A stretch of 64,000 nt of DNA from Nitrosopumilus sp. (lineage in GTDB: Archaea > Thermoproteota > Nitrososphaeria > Nitrososphaerales > Nitrosopumilaceae). This document shows, piece after piece, positions 20,017-31,291 of the stretch; position 1 is the stretch's first letter; each line of letters begins with the position of its first letter. Where the stretch lies: the NCBI GenBank assembly GCA_965203315.1, contig OZ241857.1:224001-288000 (forward strand). Direction: 5' to 3'. A model generated the notes under the pieces. The model was not told the origin of the DNA. It ran no database searches and saw nothing but the letters and a program-made list of their open reading frames with translations. The position numbers were made by a program, and so were the translations under genes.

Positions 20017-22870
20017 ATGGGCACCTCAAAGGCGTCAACCTTTGATGATGTGCTATGTATAATACGAGCATCTGCAACGAGTACCTCTGATCTAGGCAAA
20101 CGATTCGAGAGACTGACCAAAGACTTTTTCAAGATAGATTCAATGTATAGTAGACGATTCAGACGCGTCTATCTGTGGTCAGAGTGGCCCAAACGAGACG
20201 GCACAGACACGGGAATCGATATTGTGGCAGAACAGTTTGATGGTACACTCTGTGCTGTACAATGCAAGTGCTATGATGACTATGCCAGTCTAGACATGAA
20301 GTCGGTTGCCAAGTTTCTGGCCAAAGCAAACTCGCTCGGTATAGAGAACAAGATTCTAGTGTATACCGGCGATACATTTACTAGTCATGCACAAAAGTTG
20401 TTGCTTGACTCCAAGTGTTCCATAATAGATCAAGAACACTTTCGTAGTTCTAGTATCGATTGGAGTGACTATCCAAAGCTTGTACGAGTCAAAGATCAAA
20501 AACAGCTCAGACCTCATCAGGTATCTGCACTAAAAGACGTGATACATGGATTTCAAAAATATGATCGTGGTAAACTGATCATGGCGTGTGGTACAGGCAA
20601 GACTCTAACAGCACTGCACATTGCAGAAGAACAGGTCGGTATAGGTGGTATAGTACTGTATGTTGTACCTTCTATCTCTCTGATACTACAGAGTATGCGA
20701 GAGTGGTCCGACAACGGTACCATACAACATAGTTACATGGCTGTATGTTCAGATAAATCTACAGGCGAAGACGGTTCCATAACAGAACTAGAGTCACCGG
20801 TATCTACAGATCATATGACACTACGCCCCTACATTGTATCACGACCAAAAGATGCAATGACAGTAATATTCTCTACGTATCATTCTATAGACGTTATAAA
20901 ACAAGCTGCAAAAGATGTCCAGTTTGATCTGATACTATGTGATGAAGCTCATCGTACAACGGGCGTAGAAGACAAGTCGTTCTTTACAGCTGTACACAAG
21001 GACACAAACATACACGGCAAGAAACGACTCTACATGACTGCTACACCTCGTGTGTACAGCGATGTTATACAAGCCAAGATGGGCAAGGTAATCTATTCTA
21101 TGGATGATGAAGAGAGATATGGGCCAACATTCCATAGACTGAGTTTTACAGCTGCAGTACAACAAAAGGTACTCTCTGACTTTAGAGTCAAGATTGCAAT
21201 CGTACCAGCTGATAAAATAGACGCACAGTTTCAGCAATCGGTAACAGACGAGGACCACTCCATACCGTTAGACGAACGTACGTTACTTGCAGCTGTATGG
21301 CACGGCATACAGTATCCCGATGATAATAAAACACCAAAACTGTTACAACGTGTTATAGCATTTGCAAATCGTATAGACCGTTCTCAAATGTTTGCAGGCG
21401 AGATAACAGACGGAAACAACATTGATCGCAGTTTTGCAAATATCGTATCCCAGTATGAAGAAAAAAAGAACACGGGACATAAAGTCCAAGTCAAACACAT
21501 GGACGGCAAGACTAGGGCAATAGAACGAAGAGACAAACTACGTTGGTTAGACGAGAGTACTGATGATCCCAACACTTGTAGAATAGTCTCTAATGCCAGA
21601 TGCCTATCTGAGGGTATAGATGTACCTGCTCTGGACGGTGTAATCTTTTTAAATCCGCGCAAGTCTCGAGTCGATGTAGTCCAGTCTGTAGGTCGAGTCA
21701 TGCGTAGATCAGCAGGTAAGAAATATGGCTATGTGATATTACCTGTTGCAATTCCAGCTGGTGTAGAATATCACAAGGCACTAGACAACAACAAGACTTT
21801 TGCTGTCGTATGGCAGGTACTAAACGCACTACGATCCCATGACGAGTCGTTTGGTGCCGAGATCAACAGTCTGATACTGGACAAAAATACAGAGAATACG
21901 AGTCCCACTCCTAGAATCAGCGTATCTGTTCTAGATGATACATTTATCGAGAGTGAACCGATTACAAAGTTCTTTGATCATGTAAAGTCTCAGCTGGTCA
22001 AAAAGGTAGGAGATGTAGACTATTATGACAAGTACGGTGAAAAGATTGGTTCTGCAGCTAGTACGATACAGTCTAGAATCGAAAATCTGTTAAAGACAAA
22101 TGATACCATACAACACGAGGTATCTAAATTTCATAAATCACTACAAGATCTGATAAACGATACCATATCTGAATATGATACTGTACAGGCCCTAGCACAC
22201 CACATGGTACTTGCTCCTGTATTTGATGGACTATTTACAGGACAGTTCACATCATACAATCCGATATCTAGAGCATTTGAAGATATCATATGTACCATGG
22301 GACTACGCGAAGAGCTCGAGATCCTAGAAGAATTTTATGATGAGGTACAGCAAGAGATCAAGAACATCAATACAGGTACAGCAAGACAAGAGTTCATCAA
22401 GAGAATATACGGAAATTTCTTTGAATCTGCTGATAAAAAAGGAACAGAACAACACGGTATCGTATACACACCTGTACAGATCGTCGATTTTATAATACAT
22501 AGTGTACAGTATATTCTCAAGAAGGAATTCAACACCGAATTTGCAGACCGACAAGTCAAAGTTCTAGACCCATTCACAGGCACAGGAACGTTCCTTGCAC
22601 GACTCATAGAATCTGGATATCTGGGTGAGAACATTTATGAAAAATACAAACACGATCTATACGCAAACGAACTGATCCTACTAGCATATTACGTTGCAAC
22701 TGTAAACATCGAGACGGTATATTCTAGTGTACGAAACGGACACAGACATGTTCCGTTTGATGGCATCAGTTATACCGATACTTTGAAACTAAACCCACAG
22801 TACAGAGAAGATGACGAAATTGAGAGAAGAAATTACCAGCAAAAAATACATGGCGAACATTTCAAAAAAG
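20017..22870 (+). pseudogene. Type ISP restriction-modification enzyme, N-terminal part (Mrr-type nuclease, SF2 helicase, MTase motif I)
   Basis: D.GID.VA..QCK, MACGTGKT, DEAH, TAT, QSVGRVMR and DPFTGTG motifs. Confidence 0.9.
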
Positions 22871-24569
22871 GTATGAGGTTAGGTCTCACGCACAACTTTT
22901 AGGAGTGTATCATAGACGTTGAGACCTTGTTGCTCCCATGTTGTTACACATGTAAAGATATTGCCAACTCGTCGTTTACTCTCCTCAGATACAATACGTT
23001 GAGTTACCTTGCGGAATAGCACCATTGATCGTATAGCTCGCTCTGCTCTGTTGTTTGTGTATTCCATACCATAGTATAGCACAAATGTGTATAGATCATC
23101 TGCAGCATTAGCTAAATGAACTCCAAATTTACGACAAGATTCGTTGTCTAGTTTCTTGTACTCTGCTGCAAGTGATAATGTCTTTTGCACTAGATCATCT
23201 ACTCTGTATTTTAGGTATATGTCCACATGATTGGGATTGTCCACCTGTAGTGCTTTTGCAATTTCAAGTAGTTTCTGCAATCTTTTGTACATTAGTACAG
23301 TATGTACGTCACACATTGTATCTTTTGCATTTCGCAGTATGTGCGCCCAACAACGTTGCCGTACATTGAATAGTTTGTACACGACATATCCATCCGACAC
23401 GAGTGGTATCAGAATATACTTTTTGAACGTTTTTTCTAGAAAATCTTTTGTACGCTCTGGCGATATGATGAATTGCGTACCATAATCGCCGACAAGAACC
23501 CAGACCCATCCCAATTTCGCAGCAAGGGACATCGACGTCTCATCCATGTAGATTACCTTGGATTTTAGGTTCATTCTCTCTATTTTTTTGACATATTTGT
23601 CTAGTTTATCGGCAATCGTGTCTATTGCCCCCGTTACCATCTTTTTAGATATACACGGGTCTAGGCATTGAAGAGTACTAGTTATTGTTCTGATACTACA
23701 GCCATTCTTTCTCATTATGGTTGCAATCACGCCTAGAATTGGGCACAACATTGTGTTGTGTAGTATGTCTGGGATGCTGTCGAATGTATCGCCTGATGCG
23801 CCACAATCTCTACAGTTGTAAAAGTATCCGATATGGAGTATGTGCAATATTATGATCTGTATGTCAATCGTTCTCTTTTGTCTAGACCTCTTGTTGTCAA
23901 CATGCTTACTGCCACATCCATCACACTTTTCTTTTTTATGATGTCTTGTCTTGTCTGTTTTTATGTTGTCGGAAACTCCTTTGTGACCCTTGTCTTGTCC
24001 TGCTTTTTTCCATTCGCTTTTAGATTTTCTTGTACCCTTTTTTACATGATCTGGTTGTTTTGATGAGGGTACGTTAGAATTGTCGAGCTGCTTGCGTCTC
24101 GTTTCTTTGTTCTTGGCCTGTGCTGTTTGTACCTCTATCTTTTCTTTTTTACCCTCTATCTTTTTTCTGGTGTTACGAATCTTGGTCTGTGATAGTTGTT
24201 GACCACGTTCTATAATTTTGATCATCCTTTGGAATACATTAAAACAATCATTGATTGAATTTGGAGATACTTGGAGTCCCATAATTGTAGCAAGTAAAAT
24301 CTCGTACAGTTTCATATTCATTCTCTTCTGCTTTGCAACTTGTTTTTGTAGACTCGTAATGGTCTCTTGTTGTTGTTCGATGGTATCATTTTGCTGCTTG
24401 ACAGTATCCTCTAGATCTGCTATCTTGGCAGATGTCTCCCTATCTTTTTTGGTAGTCTTTTGTCTCGCGATCTGTCTAGACATTGTCATAATTGGTAATG
24501 TTTGGATTTAGCCTAGATTATCTAGAAAAGTTGTCCCTTTTGGTAGATCTTTTAAACCTAACCTCGTAC
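22871..24569 (-). mobile_element. IS66-family (single-ORF) element with intact TIRs
   Basis: TIR gtatgaggttaggt / acctaacctcgtac; 8-bp TSD caaaaaag. Confidence 0.92.
22879..24489 (-). CDS. IS66-family transposase
   Basis: YMDET, DGY..Y, RQRCWAH and TNNRAERAIR motifs; paralogue of 9300. Confidence 0.92.
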   Translation of the reverse strand: MTMSRQIARQKTTKKDRETSAKIADLEDTVKQQNDTIEQQQETITSLQKQVAKQKRMNMKLYEILLATIMGLQVSPNSINDCFNVFQRMIKIIERGQQLSQTKIRNTRKKIEGKKEKIEVQTAQAKNKETRRKQLDNSNVPSSKQPDHVKKGTRKSKSEWKKAGQDKGHKGVSDNIKTDKTRHHKKEKCDGCGSKHVDNKRSRQKRTIDIQIIILHILHIGYFYNCRDCGASGDTFDSIPDILHNTMLCPILGVIATIMRKNGCSIRTITSTLQCLDPCISKKMVTGAIDTIADKLDKYVKKIERMNLKSKVIYMDETSMSLAAKLGWVWVLVGDYGTQFIISPERTKDFLEKTFKKYILIPLVSDGYVVYKLFNVRQRCWAHILRNAKDTMCDVHTVLMYKRLQKLLEIAKALQVDNPNHVDIYLKYRVDDLVQKTLSLAAEYKKLDNESCRKFGVHLANAADDLYTFVLYYGMEYTNNRAERAIRSMVLFRKVTQRIVSEESKRRVGNIFTCVTTWEQQGLNVYDTLLKVVRET

Positions 24570-24577
24570 CAAAAAAG

Positions 24578-26379
24578 CATATAAACGCATTAAACATCAA
24601 ACAGGTTCGCATCTACACGTCATACTTGGTAATCCACCTTATTCTATGGGCCAAAGTAATTTCAATGATCAGAATCAAAACATACAATATCCTGTTCTTG
24701 ACAAAAGAATTGAAGACACATATCTCAAAAAAGTCAAAGAGATTGACAAAAATATTGGACGATTGTCATCACTCTACGACTCTTACATTAGATCCTTACG
24801 CTGGGCATCTGATAGAATAGGCGGATCCGGAATCATAAGTTTCGTCACAAATGCTGGATTTACTAGTTCAGCATCTGGTGCAGGCGTCCGCGCCTCTCTC
24901 CACGAAGAATTCACAGACATTTACTGCTTTGACCTGCGAGGAAATCAACGAACGCAGGGAGAAATATCAAAGAAAGAAGGAGGAAAAATATTCGGTTCAG
25001 GCTCGCGCGCACCAGTCGCCATCACAATACTAGTCAAAAACCCAAACAAGAAAAAACACGCCATACACTACAAAGATATCGGCGACTATCTATCCAGAGA
25101 AGAAAAACTAGACACAATATCAAAATACAAGTCCATCCAACACATCAAAGACTGGGATACCATCACACCCGACAAGCACCACGACTGGGTTGGTCAACGC
25201 TCCGACGAGTTTGAACAGTACACAGCAATGGGCAACAAAGAGACCAAGGCTGGTAAAGAGGTTAGTGCAATGTTCAAATTATATTCACTAGGCGTATCAA
25301 CAAATCGTGACACATGGGTTTACAACTCATCTAAAGAAAATCTATCAAAAAATATGAAACGAACTATTGATTACTGTAACAAACAAGATTTGTCAAATCC
25401 CATACTTGATCCCAAATTTGTAAAATGGAGCCCAAATCTAACTAGTCGATTAAAAAAACACAAAACTGTTTTTAATAAAAAATGTATTAGAATTTCTATA
25501 TACAGACCATTTTTTAAACAATTTCTATATTTTGACAAAATATTCAATGAAGCTTTATCAACAATGCCAAAAATTTTTCCAAAAGTAGGCTCTGAGAACC
25601 TCGTTATTATAGTTCCGTACAATTATAGTGGAATCTCTTCCACACTCATCAGTACTATTACTCCAAATCTAGAAGTAATTCATCATGGTCAATGCTTTCC
25701 TTTATACACATACGAAAATGGAGAGAAAAAGATCAACATCACGGACTACGTCTTAAATCAGTACCGAGATCACTATAACGACAAGACAATAACCAAAGAG
25801 GACATCTTTTACTATACGTATGGTCTGTTACACCATGAAAAATACAAAAAGAAATTTGCAAGCAATCTATCCAAAGAACTACCACGAATCCCAATGGCTC
25901 CAAACTTTCAAGCATTTGTCACAGCTGGACGCAAACTAGCAGATCTACACATACACTACGAGACCTGTAAAAAATATCCACTCAAACCTAAAGCCAACTT
26001 TGGCAAGCTCCAAAAGATGACATTTCTTAAAGATGACAAAACAAGTCTAAAAATCAACGGGATAGTAGCTTTTGAAAACATGCCTGATATCAAGTATACT
26101 GTAAATGGTCGTACACCATTAGAATGGATGGTTGACAGATACGAGCACAAAGTCGATAAAAAAGGTGGCAGTTATATCATAAACGATCCTACTGAGGAGA
26201 TGACCGAAGAAAAAACAATAGCAATGATTCAGCGACTCGTACATGTCGGTGTCGAATCCGACAAGATCATTAAAGAACTATCCAAAGAACCGTTTGAACC
26301 GAAAGCGTGGAAACCCACACCATCCGGTCTAGATAGATACACCAACCCTAAAAATTATCAGTCAAAGTTGAGAGGTTGA
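24578..26379 (+). pseudogene. Type ISP R-M enzyme, C-terminal part (NPPY motif and target recognition domain)
   Basis: Removing the IS gives HFKKAYKRIK...GNPPYS; DLRGNQRT.GE.S.KEGGKIFG, YRPF and LPRIP motifs. Confidence 0.9.
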
Positions 26380-26608
26380 ACTATCATGAGCGGTCAGCCT
26401 GAGCTCCATCCTGTGCTCGGACACAAAATTGAAATTTTTTGACATATGAGATAAATTTTCAATGGGTGACAACTATCGGACAGAGTTTTGTGTAACATCA
26501 GTCATCCCAAATGTGCGGATCTGTTAGAATATCGTTAATGTTAATTTACAAACATTACAAGATTTACTAACCTTTGCAATCTTTATTCATCTAGTATAAT
26601 ATCTATCA

Positions 26609-26921
26609 TTGAAGGCACAAACGATCGGTCTGATAATGGGCATCATATTTGTAGGATCTATACAATACTCGTCTGGGATCGGTGAGTTTGAAGAGATAGA
26701 CAATTGGGGTTCATTTGGAATATCGGCTCATGGCAAGTTCTCTTACCCACAGTTCATTGACGTAGACTCTGACGGAAATATCTATGTGACAGATCTTGGG
26801 AACAAGCGTGTCCAAAAGTTTCTGAGCGATGGCCAGTTTGTTGCTATGTGGGGTACTAGTGGAAAAGCAGATGGTCAGTTTTATCATCCGTCTGGAATAG
26901 TAACATACAACGATACAGTAT
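26609..26921 (+). pseudogene. Secreted NHL-repeat protein, N-terminal part
   Basis: Signal peptide; G.F.YP..I.VD.DGNIYV.D.GN.RVQKF repeat. Confidence 0.85.
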
Positions 26922-28167
26922 CAGACATCGCAAATGTACGTGTAAATTTTGGCATCTAGGGTGCAATCGGCTCAGGCGGAGGCTCAGGTGGGATCTCGAT
27001 CAATGTTTGCACTGTTTTAAGAAACAAGCTTTGGTACATCTTGTGAGATGTGATACCTTCAACCAACAATACAAGATTGAATATAGTCCACAAGTTTAGC
27101 AACATTTGTGCAGACATGAACATGTATGTTCTACACGGTGTTGATCTACTGTGAGTTCTAACACGCATATTTCGAGTAAATTTGAATCCATTCTCAATCT
27201 CCCAACGATCGCGATATTTCTCTAGATCAATATTTGGATCATTTGTTGCAAATGCTCTATACTCTTCTGGGTCATCTCTGTCACGAGTTATTATGATGTA
27301 ACATCCTGCTTGATCCTTGTTGTTCTTTATTACATATTTTGACACTCTAACTCGTTCTCCTCGTTTGTATTCCTCTATTGCTTTTTTTATGCCAGAAGTG
27401 TTTACGCATGGCATCAGATATTTGTGTCTAGTTCCATTCAAGAATTTGATCATAGCAACTGAATAAAACCCACGATCGGCAACAAACAGCGCTGGTCTTG
27501 TAGAGTTTATTTCGTAAAAATCTACAATTTTAGGCATAAAATCAGCATTTTTTTCCCCTTTTTTGACTGAAAATGTAGATAAAACAAGTCTTGTGCCGGG
27601 GTTGACCAGCTGTGCAGAGATGTGTGTCTCAAATACAGTCGTACCATCTTTCGCTCTACCCTTAATCAGATCTGGATTATCTTTATCATATCTTGAAAAA
27701 CTCGTTCTGTCTACTCCAATGATAGGATGTCGAGGAAAGCGACCAAGCCGTTTTAGCTCTGACAGGTGTTGCGTCACGGCATACTTGAATATCTCATCTA
27801 TCGGTTTCTCACACGTCTCTTCGATCCTCTTCCTAATCCATTCGCCTGTAGGTGCATAACCATCACTATCTCTGATCAATCTGGAACGATCAGCAGGAGA
27901 TTTGTTTGCTACTGCCGCATCTATGATGATCTTGAGTCCGTCCCATTTTGTGTATTTGGCATTGTGATAATTAGATACTTTGAATGGTATCTGATCCATA
28001 GCGTTTATGAAAATATATCTATAAGTAGAACGGTTTCTAGATACTGCTTGTCTCAGCGAGTCTGATTGTTTGCGCATTAGATTCCTGAGACATGCAATCC
28101 TTATTGACTTTGTTTGATCGATATTTTTGATCTTTTGGTTAAATTATAGTTACTTTTGCGATGTCTG
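26922..28167 (-). mobile_element. ISH3-like (IS4-related) element
   Basis: TIR cagacatcgcaaa / tttgcgatgtctg; 5-bp TSD agtat. Confidence 0.9.
26956..28077 (-). CDS. ISH3-like DDE transposase
   Basis: GVDRT, ADRGFY and Y..RWEIENGFK (YREK-like) motifs. Confidence 0.9.
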   Translation of the reverse strand: MRKQSDSLRQAVSRNRSTYRYIFINAMDQIPFKVSNYHNAKYTKWDGLKIIIDAAVANKSPADRSRLIRDSDGYAPTGEWIRKRIEETCEKPIDEIFKYAVTQHLSELKRLGRFPRHPIIGVDRTSFSRYDKDNPDLIKGRAKDGTTVFETHISAQLVNPGTRLVLSTFSVKKGEKNADFMPKIVDFYEINSTRPALFVADRGFYSVAMIKFLNGTRHKYLMPCVNTSGIKKAIEEYKRGERVRVSKYVIKNNKDQAGCYIIITRDRDDPEEYRAFATNDPNIDLEKYRDRWEIENGFKFTRNMRVRTHSRSTPCRTYMFMSAQMLLNLWTIFNLVLLVEGITSHKMYQSLFLKTVQTLIEIPPEPPPEPIAP

Positions 28168-28172
28168 AGTAT

Positions 28173-29413
28173 TCGTCGTGGATCGAGATCTACATCACGT
28201 TCAACAGTTCACACTCGACGGTGAGTTCATCAAGGTGTGGGGAGAACGTGGATCCAATGATGGCGACCTCTTGTATCCTAACGATATTGCTTTATATGAC
28301 GAGATACTATATGTTGCCGATACCGGAAATCAACGCATTCAAGTCTTTTGGACAAACGGTACATACATCAAGAGCATCGGTTCTAGTGGATTAACTCCTG
28401 GCAAGTTTCTCACCATCTCTAGTATTGACACAGACTCTGACGGTAATCTCTATGTTGCAGATCAAGGGAATAAAAAGATCGAAAAATTTACAGCTGATGG
28501 AGATCTAGTTACTACATTTGATTTTGGAACTCGAGATTACGAGTTTGTACCGAGTAGTGTACTGGTTGATACAAACGATATGCTGTTGATTGTAAATGAA
28601 GCAGACAATCGTATACTGTATGTCTCACAAAACTCTACATCTCATCTAAACAATATTGATCAACGAGGACCATTTATTGATAAATATGGTGTGATAACAG
28701 ATATGACAATTGGAATAAATGGCGAGATACTGCTAGTGGATTCCACATCTCACAAGATTCGCTCGTTTACATCTCCTTACTATGTAGCACCACCTTTTGT
28801 AACCAAAGCAGCTCAAAACACATCAACGACTACAGTACACCTTGACAAGACAAAACCAACTCTTGTGGTACCTGGTCCAATAACCTCTGAAGCTACTGAC
28901 AAATTCAATGATGTATACCTTGGTGAAGCAAACGCAACTGATACTAGTGGTATTCGTGGAATCACAAATACGGCACCAAAACTCTTTACTCCGGGTACAA
29001 CTATAATACGATGGGTCGCATTTGATAATGCAGGATATACATCATCTGCCACTCAAGCCGTTACCGTATTGGTTTGTGGTAAAACCATATACGACTATAA
29101 TCTCATAGAGGGCACATCTGGTGATGATATACTGATGGGTACTGATAAAGATGATCTGATCTTTGGTCTTGGCGGCAACGATATCATCTCTGGTGGTTTG
29201 GGCAATGACTGTATCTTTGGCGGTCTTGGCGATGATATCATCTCTGGAAATGATGGTTCTGATACAATAAGAGGCAACGATGGCAACAACATAATACAAG
29301 GTCAAGATGGATATGATGTGATTTATAGTAGCAGTGTATATGACATTATTGTGTCAGACTCGCACGATCAATGTTATCTGAATGATATTAACACATCTAT
29401 AGATTGTAACTAA
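28173..29413 (+). pseudogene. NHL-repeat / HYR-like / RTX Ca-binding repeat protein, C-terminal part
   Basis: NHL repeats, DKTKPTL...ATD domain and GGxGND nonapeptides; IS removal restores TVFVVDRD. Confidence 0.85.
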
Positions 29414-29443
29414 TAGTAGCTAAAGTACAAAAGCATACGACTA

Positions 29444-29574
29444 TAGTCACGAACGGAATTGTTTTCTTGTTTACTTTTGCATATGTGAGATCAGAGGCGA
29501 AATTTACCTCTAGCGGAACGGATAATACCAAATTGTGATACTATGCACTCGGAAAATTATTATGTTCATGACTA
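29444..29574. mobile_element. MITE family D (IS630-type, TA TSD)
   Basis: TIR tagtcacgaac / gttcatgacta; near-identical inverted copy at 30396-30525. Confidence 0.9.
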
Positions 29575-29688
29575 TAGAATTGAACGACTTTACGTTTGTG
29601 TCGTGCTCTCAAAGAGTGGTAGGTTTTTTGACCTCTGATTTTTTTGTTAGACGTAAACTGTGTTCCATGATCAGATAGTATCTGTGCC

Positions 29689-29801
29689 AGTTCTCTTCAG
29701 CTTGTGTGGGACGAATGGTTACAGAAAAAGCGCGACAAGATCCTATGAGAGAAACTAACAAAAAGCCTTGAGGAACACCATTACATAAATCGAAAAGATC
29801 C
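29689..29801. mobile_element. MITE family C copy
   Basis: Core nearly identical to 30917-30983. Confidence 0.8.
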
Positions 29802-29911
29802 AATAATTTTCATTTAAAACAACTGCAGGTCAAGGGCGAACAACTTTTGTATTCTGCAACCCCTTTTATCCAAACATAAAATATATAAGTCTATACGGTA
29901 AAGTATAGTAT

Positions 29912-30370
29912 ATGAATAGATCCGCACTAGATGTTGCTAATTATTATATCGAGAACAGCGATTATACAAAGACCAATCTCCAAATAATCAAATTAACGTA
30001 CATTGCACACGGTCACATGTTGGCAATGTGTGACGAACCTCTGATCATAGACGATGTAGAAGCATGGAAACATGGACCAGTCATACCAACCATATATCAT
30101 AAATTCAAACAATGGCAATTATCTCCTATTGGAAAAATATCATATTCGCCGGATCCGTTTGTAAAGAAAGAGAAAGAAGTGTTAGATACGGTGTTTGCAT
30201 ATTATGGACGATATTGTGGATATTATCTATCACAAATTACTCATGAAGATAGTTACTCACCTACACCATGGAAACAATGCTATGTGCCAGGCAGAAATGC
30301 AATAATACCGGATGAAGTTACTAAGGCATATTACAAAATCCTGACTGAGGCTCAAACAAATGGTCACTAA
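29912..30370 (+). CDS. Panacea/SocA-like (DUF4065) antitoxin
   Basis: A..VANY, T.LQI.KL.YIA.G, EAW.HGPV.P.IY and L..ITH....PW motifs. Confidence 0.88.
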   Translation: MNRSALDVANYYIENSDYTKTNLQIIKLTYIAHGHMLAMCDEPLIIDDVEAWKHGPVIPTIYHKFKQWQLSPIGKISYSPDPFVKKEKEVLDTVFAYYGRYCGYYLSQITHEDSYSPTPWKQCYVPGRNAIIPDEVTKAYYKILTEAQTNGH

Positions 30371-30827
30371 TACAGATGCAACAAGTGGGCTTATATAGTC
30401 ATGAACATAATAATTTTCCGAGTGCATAGTATCACAATTTGGTATTATCCGTTCCCTAGAGGTAAATTTCGCCTCTGATCTCACATATGCAAAAGTAAAC
30501 AAGAAAACAATTCCGTTCGTGACTATAGAAAGTAAAATTAAAAGAGGAAATAACAGAATTGAGATTGCAAAATACCAAACCCAAAGTAACATGAGTACTG
30601 GACAGGATGGTCTTACACGAAATGTTCAACTTTGGATAATAATACCCACATTAACATTCAATAGTTTTGGATTATTTATGTTGATGTTCATAACATTTCA
30701 TTTTATATATTCTGAACCACCAGTACAATGGATATGGATAGCTCTAATCACCGCCTTTGCTGGACTACCATATGGTTTTGCATCTACGATCAAAAGACTC
30801 ATCAGTGCACTGCCAGGTACTGACTAG
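30360..30827 (+). pseudogene. Two-TM putative toxin partner of Panacea, interrupted by MITE D
   Basis: ATG at 30360 overlaps the antitoxin stop; excision gives MVTNTDATSGLIESKIKR... in frame. Confidence 0.7.
30396..30525. mobile_element. MITE family D, copy 2
   Basis: Inverted copy of 29444-29574; TA TSD. Confidence 0.9.
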
Positions 30828-30891
30828 CGTCGTTAACTGCTAGACATTTGATTTTTTTAAATGTCGACTAGTCAGCATATCAAATCCTGAT

Positions 30892-31006
30892 GGATATTTT
30901 TGGTTGACGTGGAATGAATGGTTACAGAAAAAGCGCGACAAGATCCTATGAGAGAAACTAACAAAAAGCCTTGAGAAACACCATCCCACGTAAATCGAAT
31001 AGATCC
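30892..31006. mobile_element. MITE family C copy
   Basis: End acgtaaatcgaatagatcc. Confidence 0.8.
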
Positions 31007-31066
31007 ATGTGCAGAAACAAGTTTACATTCGTATTTATCGATCCAGACTATTCTTGATTGCTAGTC

Positions 31067-31179
31067 GGGTCTTTTCGATTTACGTAAAATGGTATTTTAC
31101 AAGACTTTGTGCTATTTTCCATATAATCTCATAGCGCTATTTCTGCGCCAATTCTATTCCGGGTAGACCGAAAATATCC
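31067..31179. mobile_element. MITE family C copy (opposite orientation)
   Basis: Start gggtcttttcgatttacgt. Confidence 0.7.
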
Positions 31180-31291
31180 GATCTATATACTATATATTAT
31201 ATACTATGTGGTATATAGTACATTGTATAGTATTTACATTACGTAATCTATGTCTGATATTGGTAAATAACCTTCAACATGATTTAAATCA

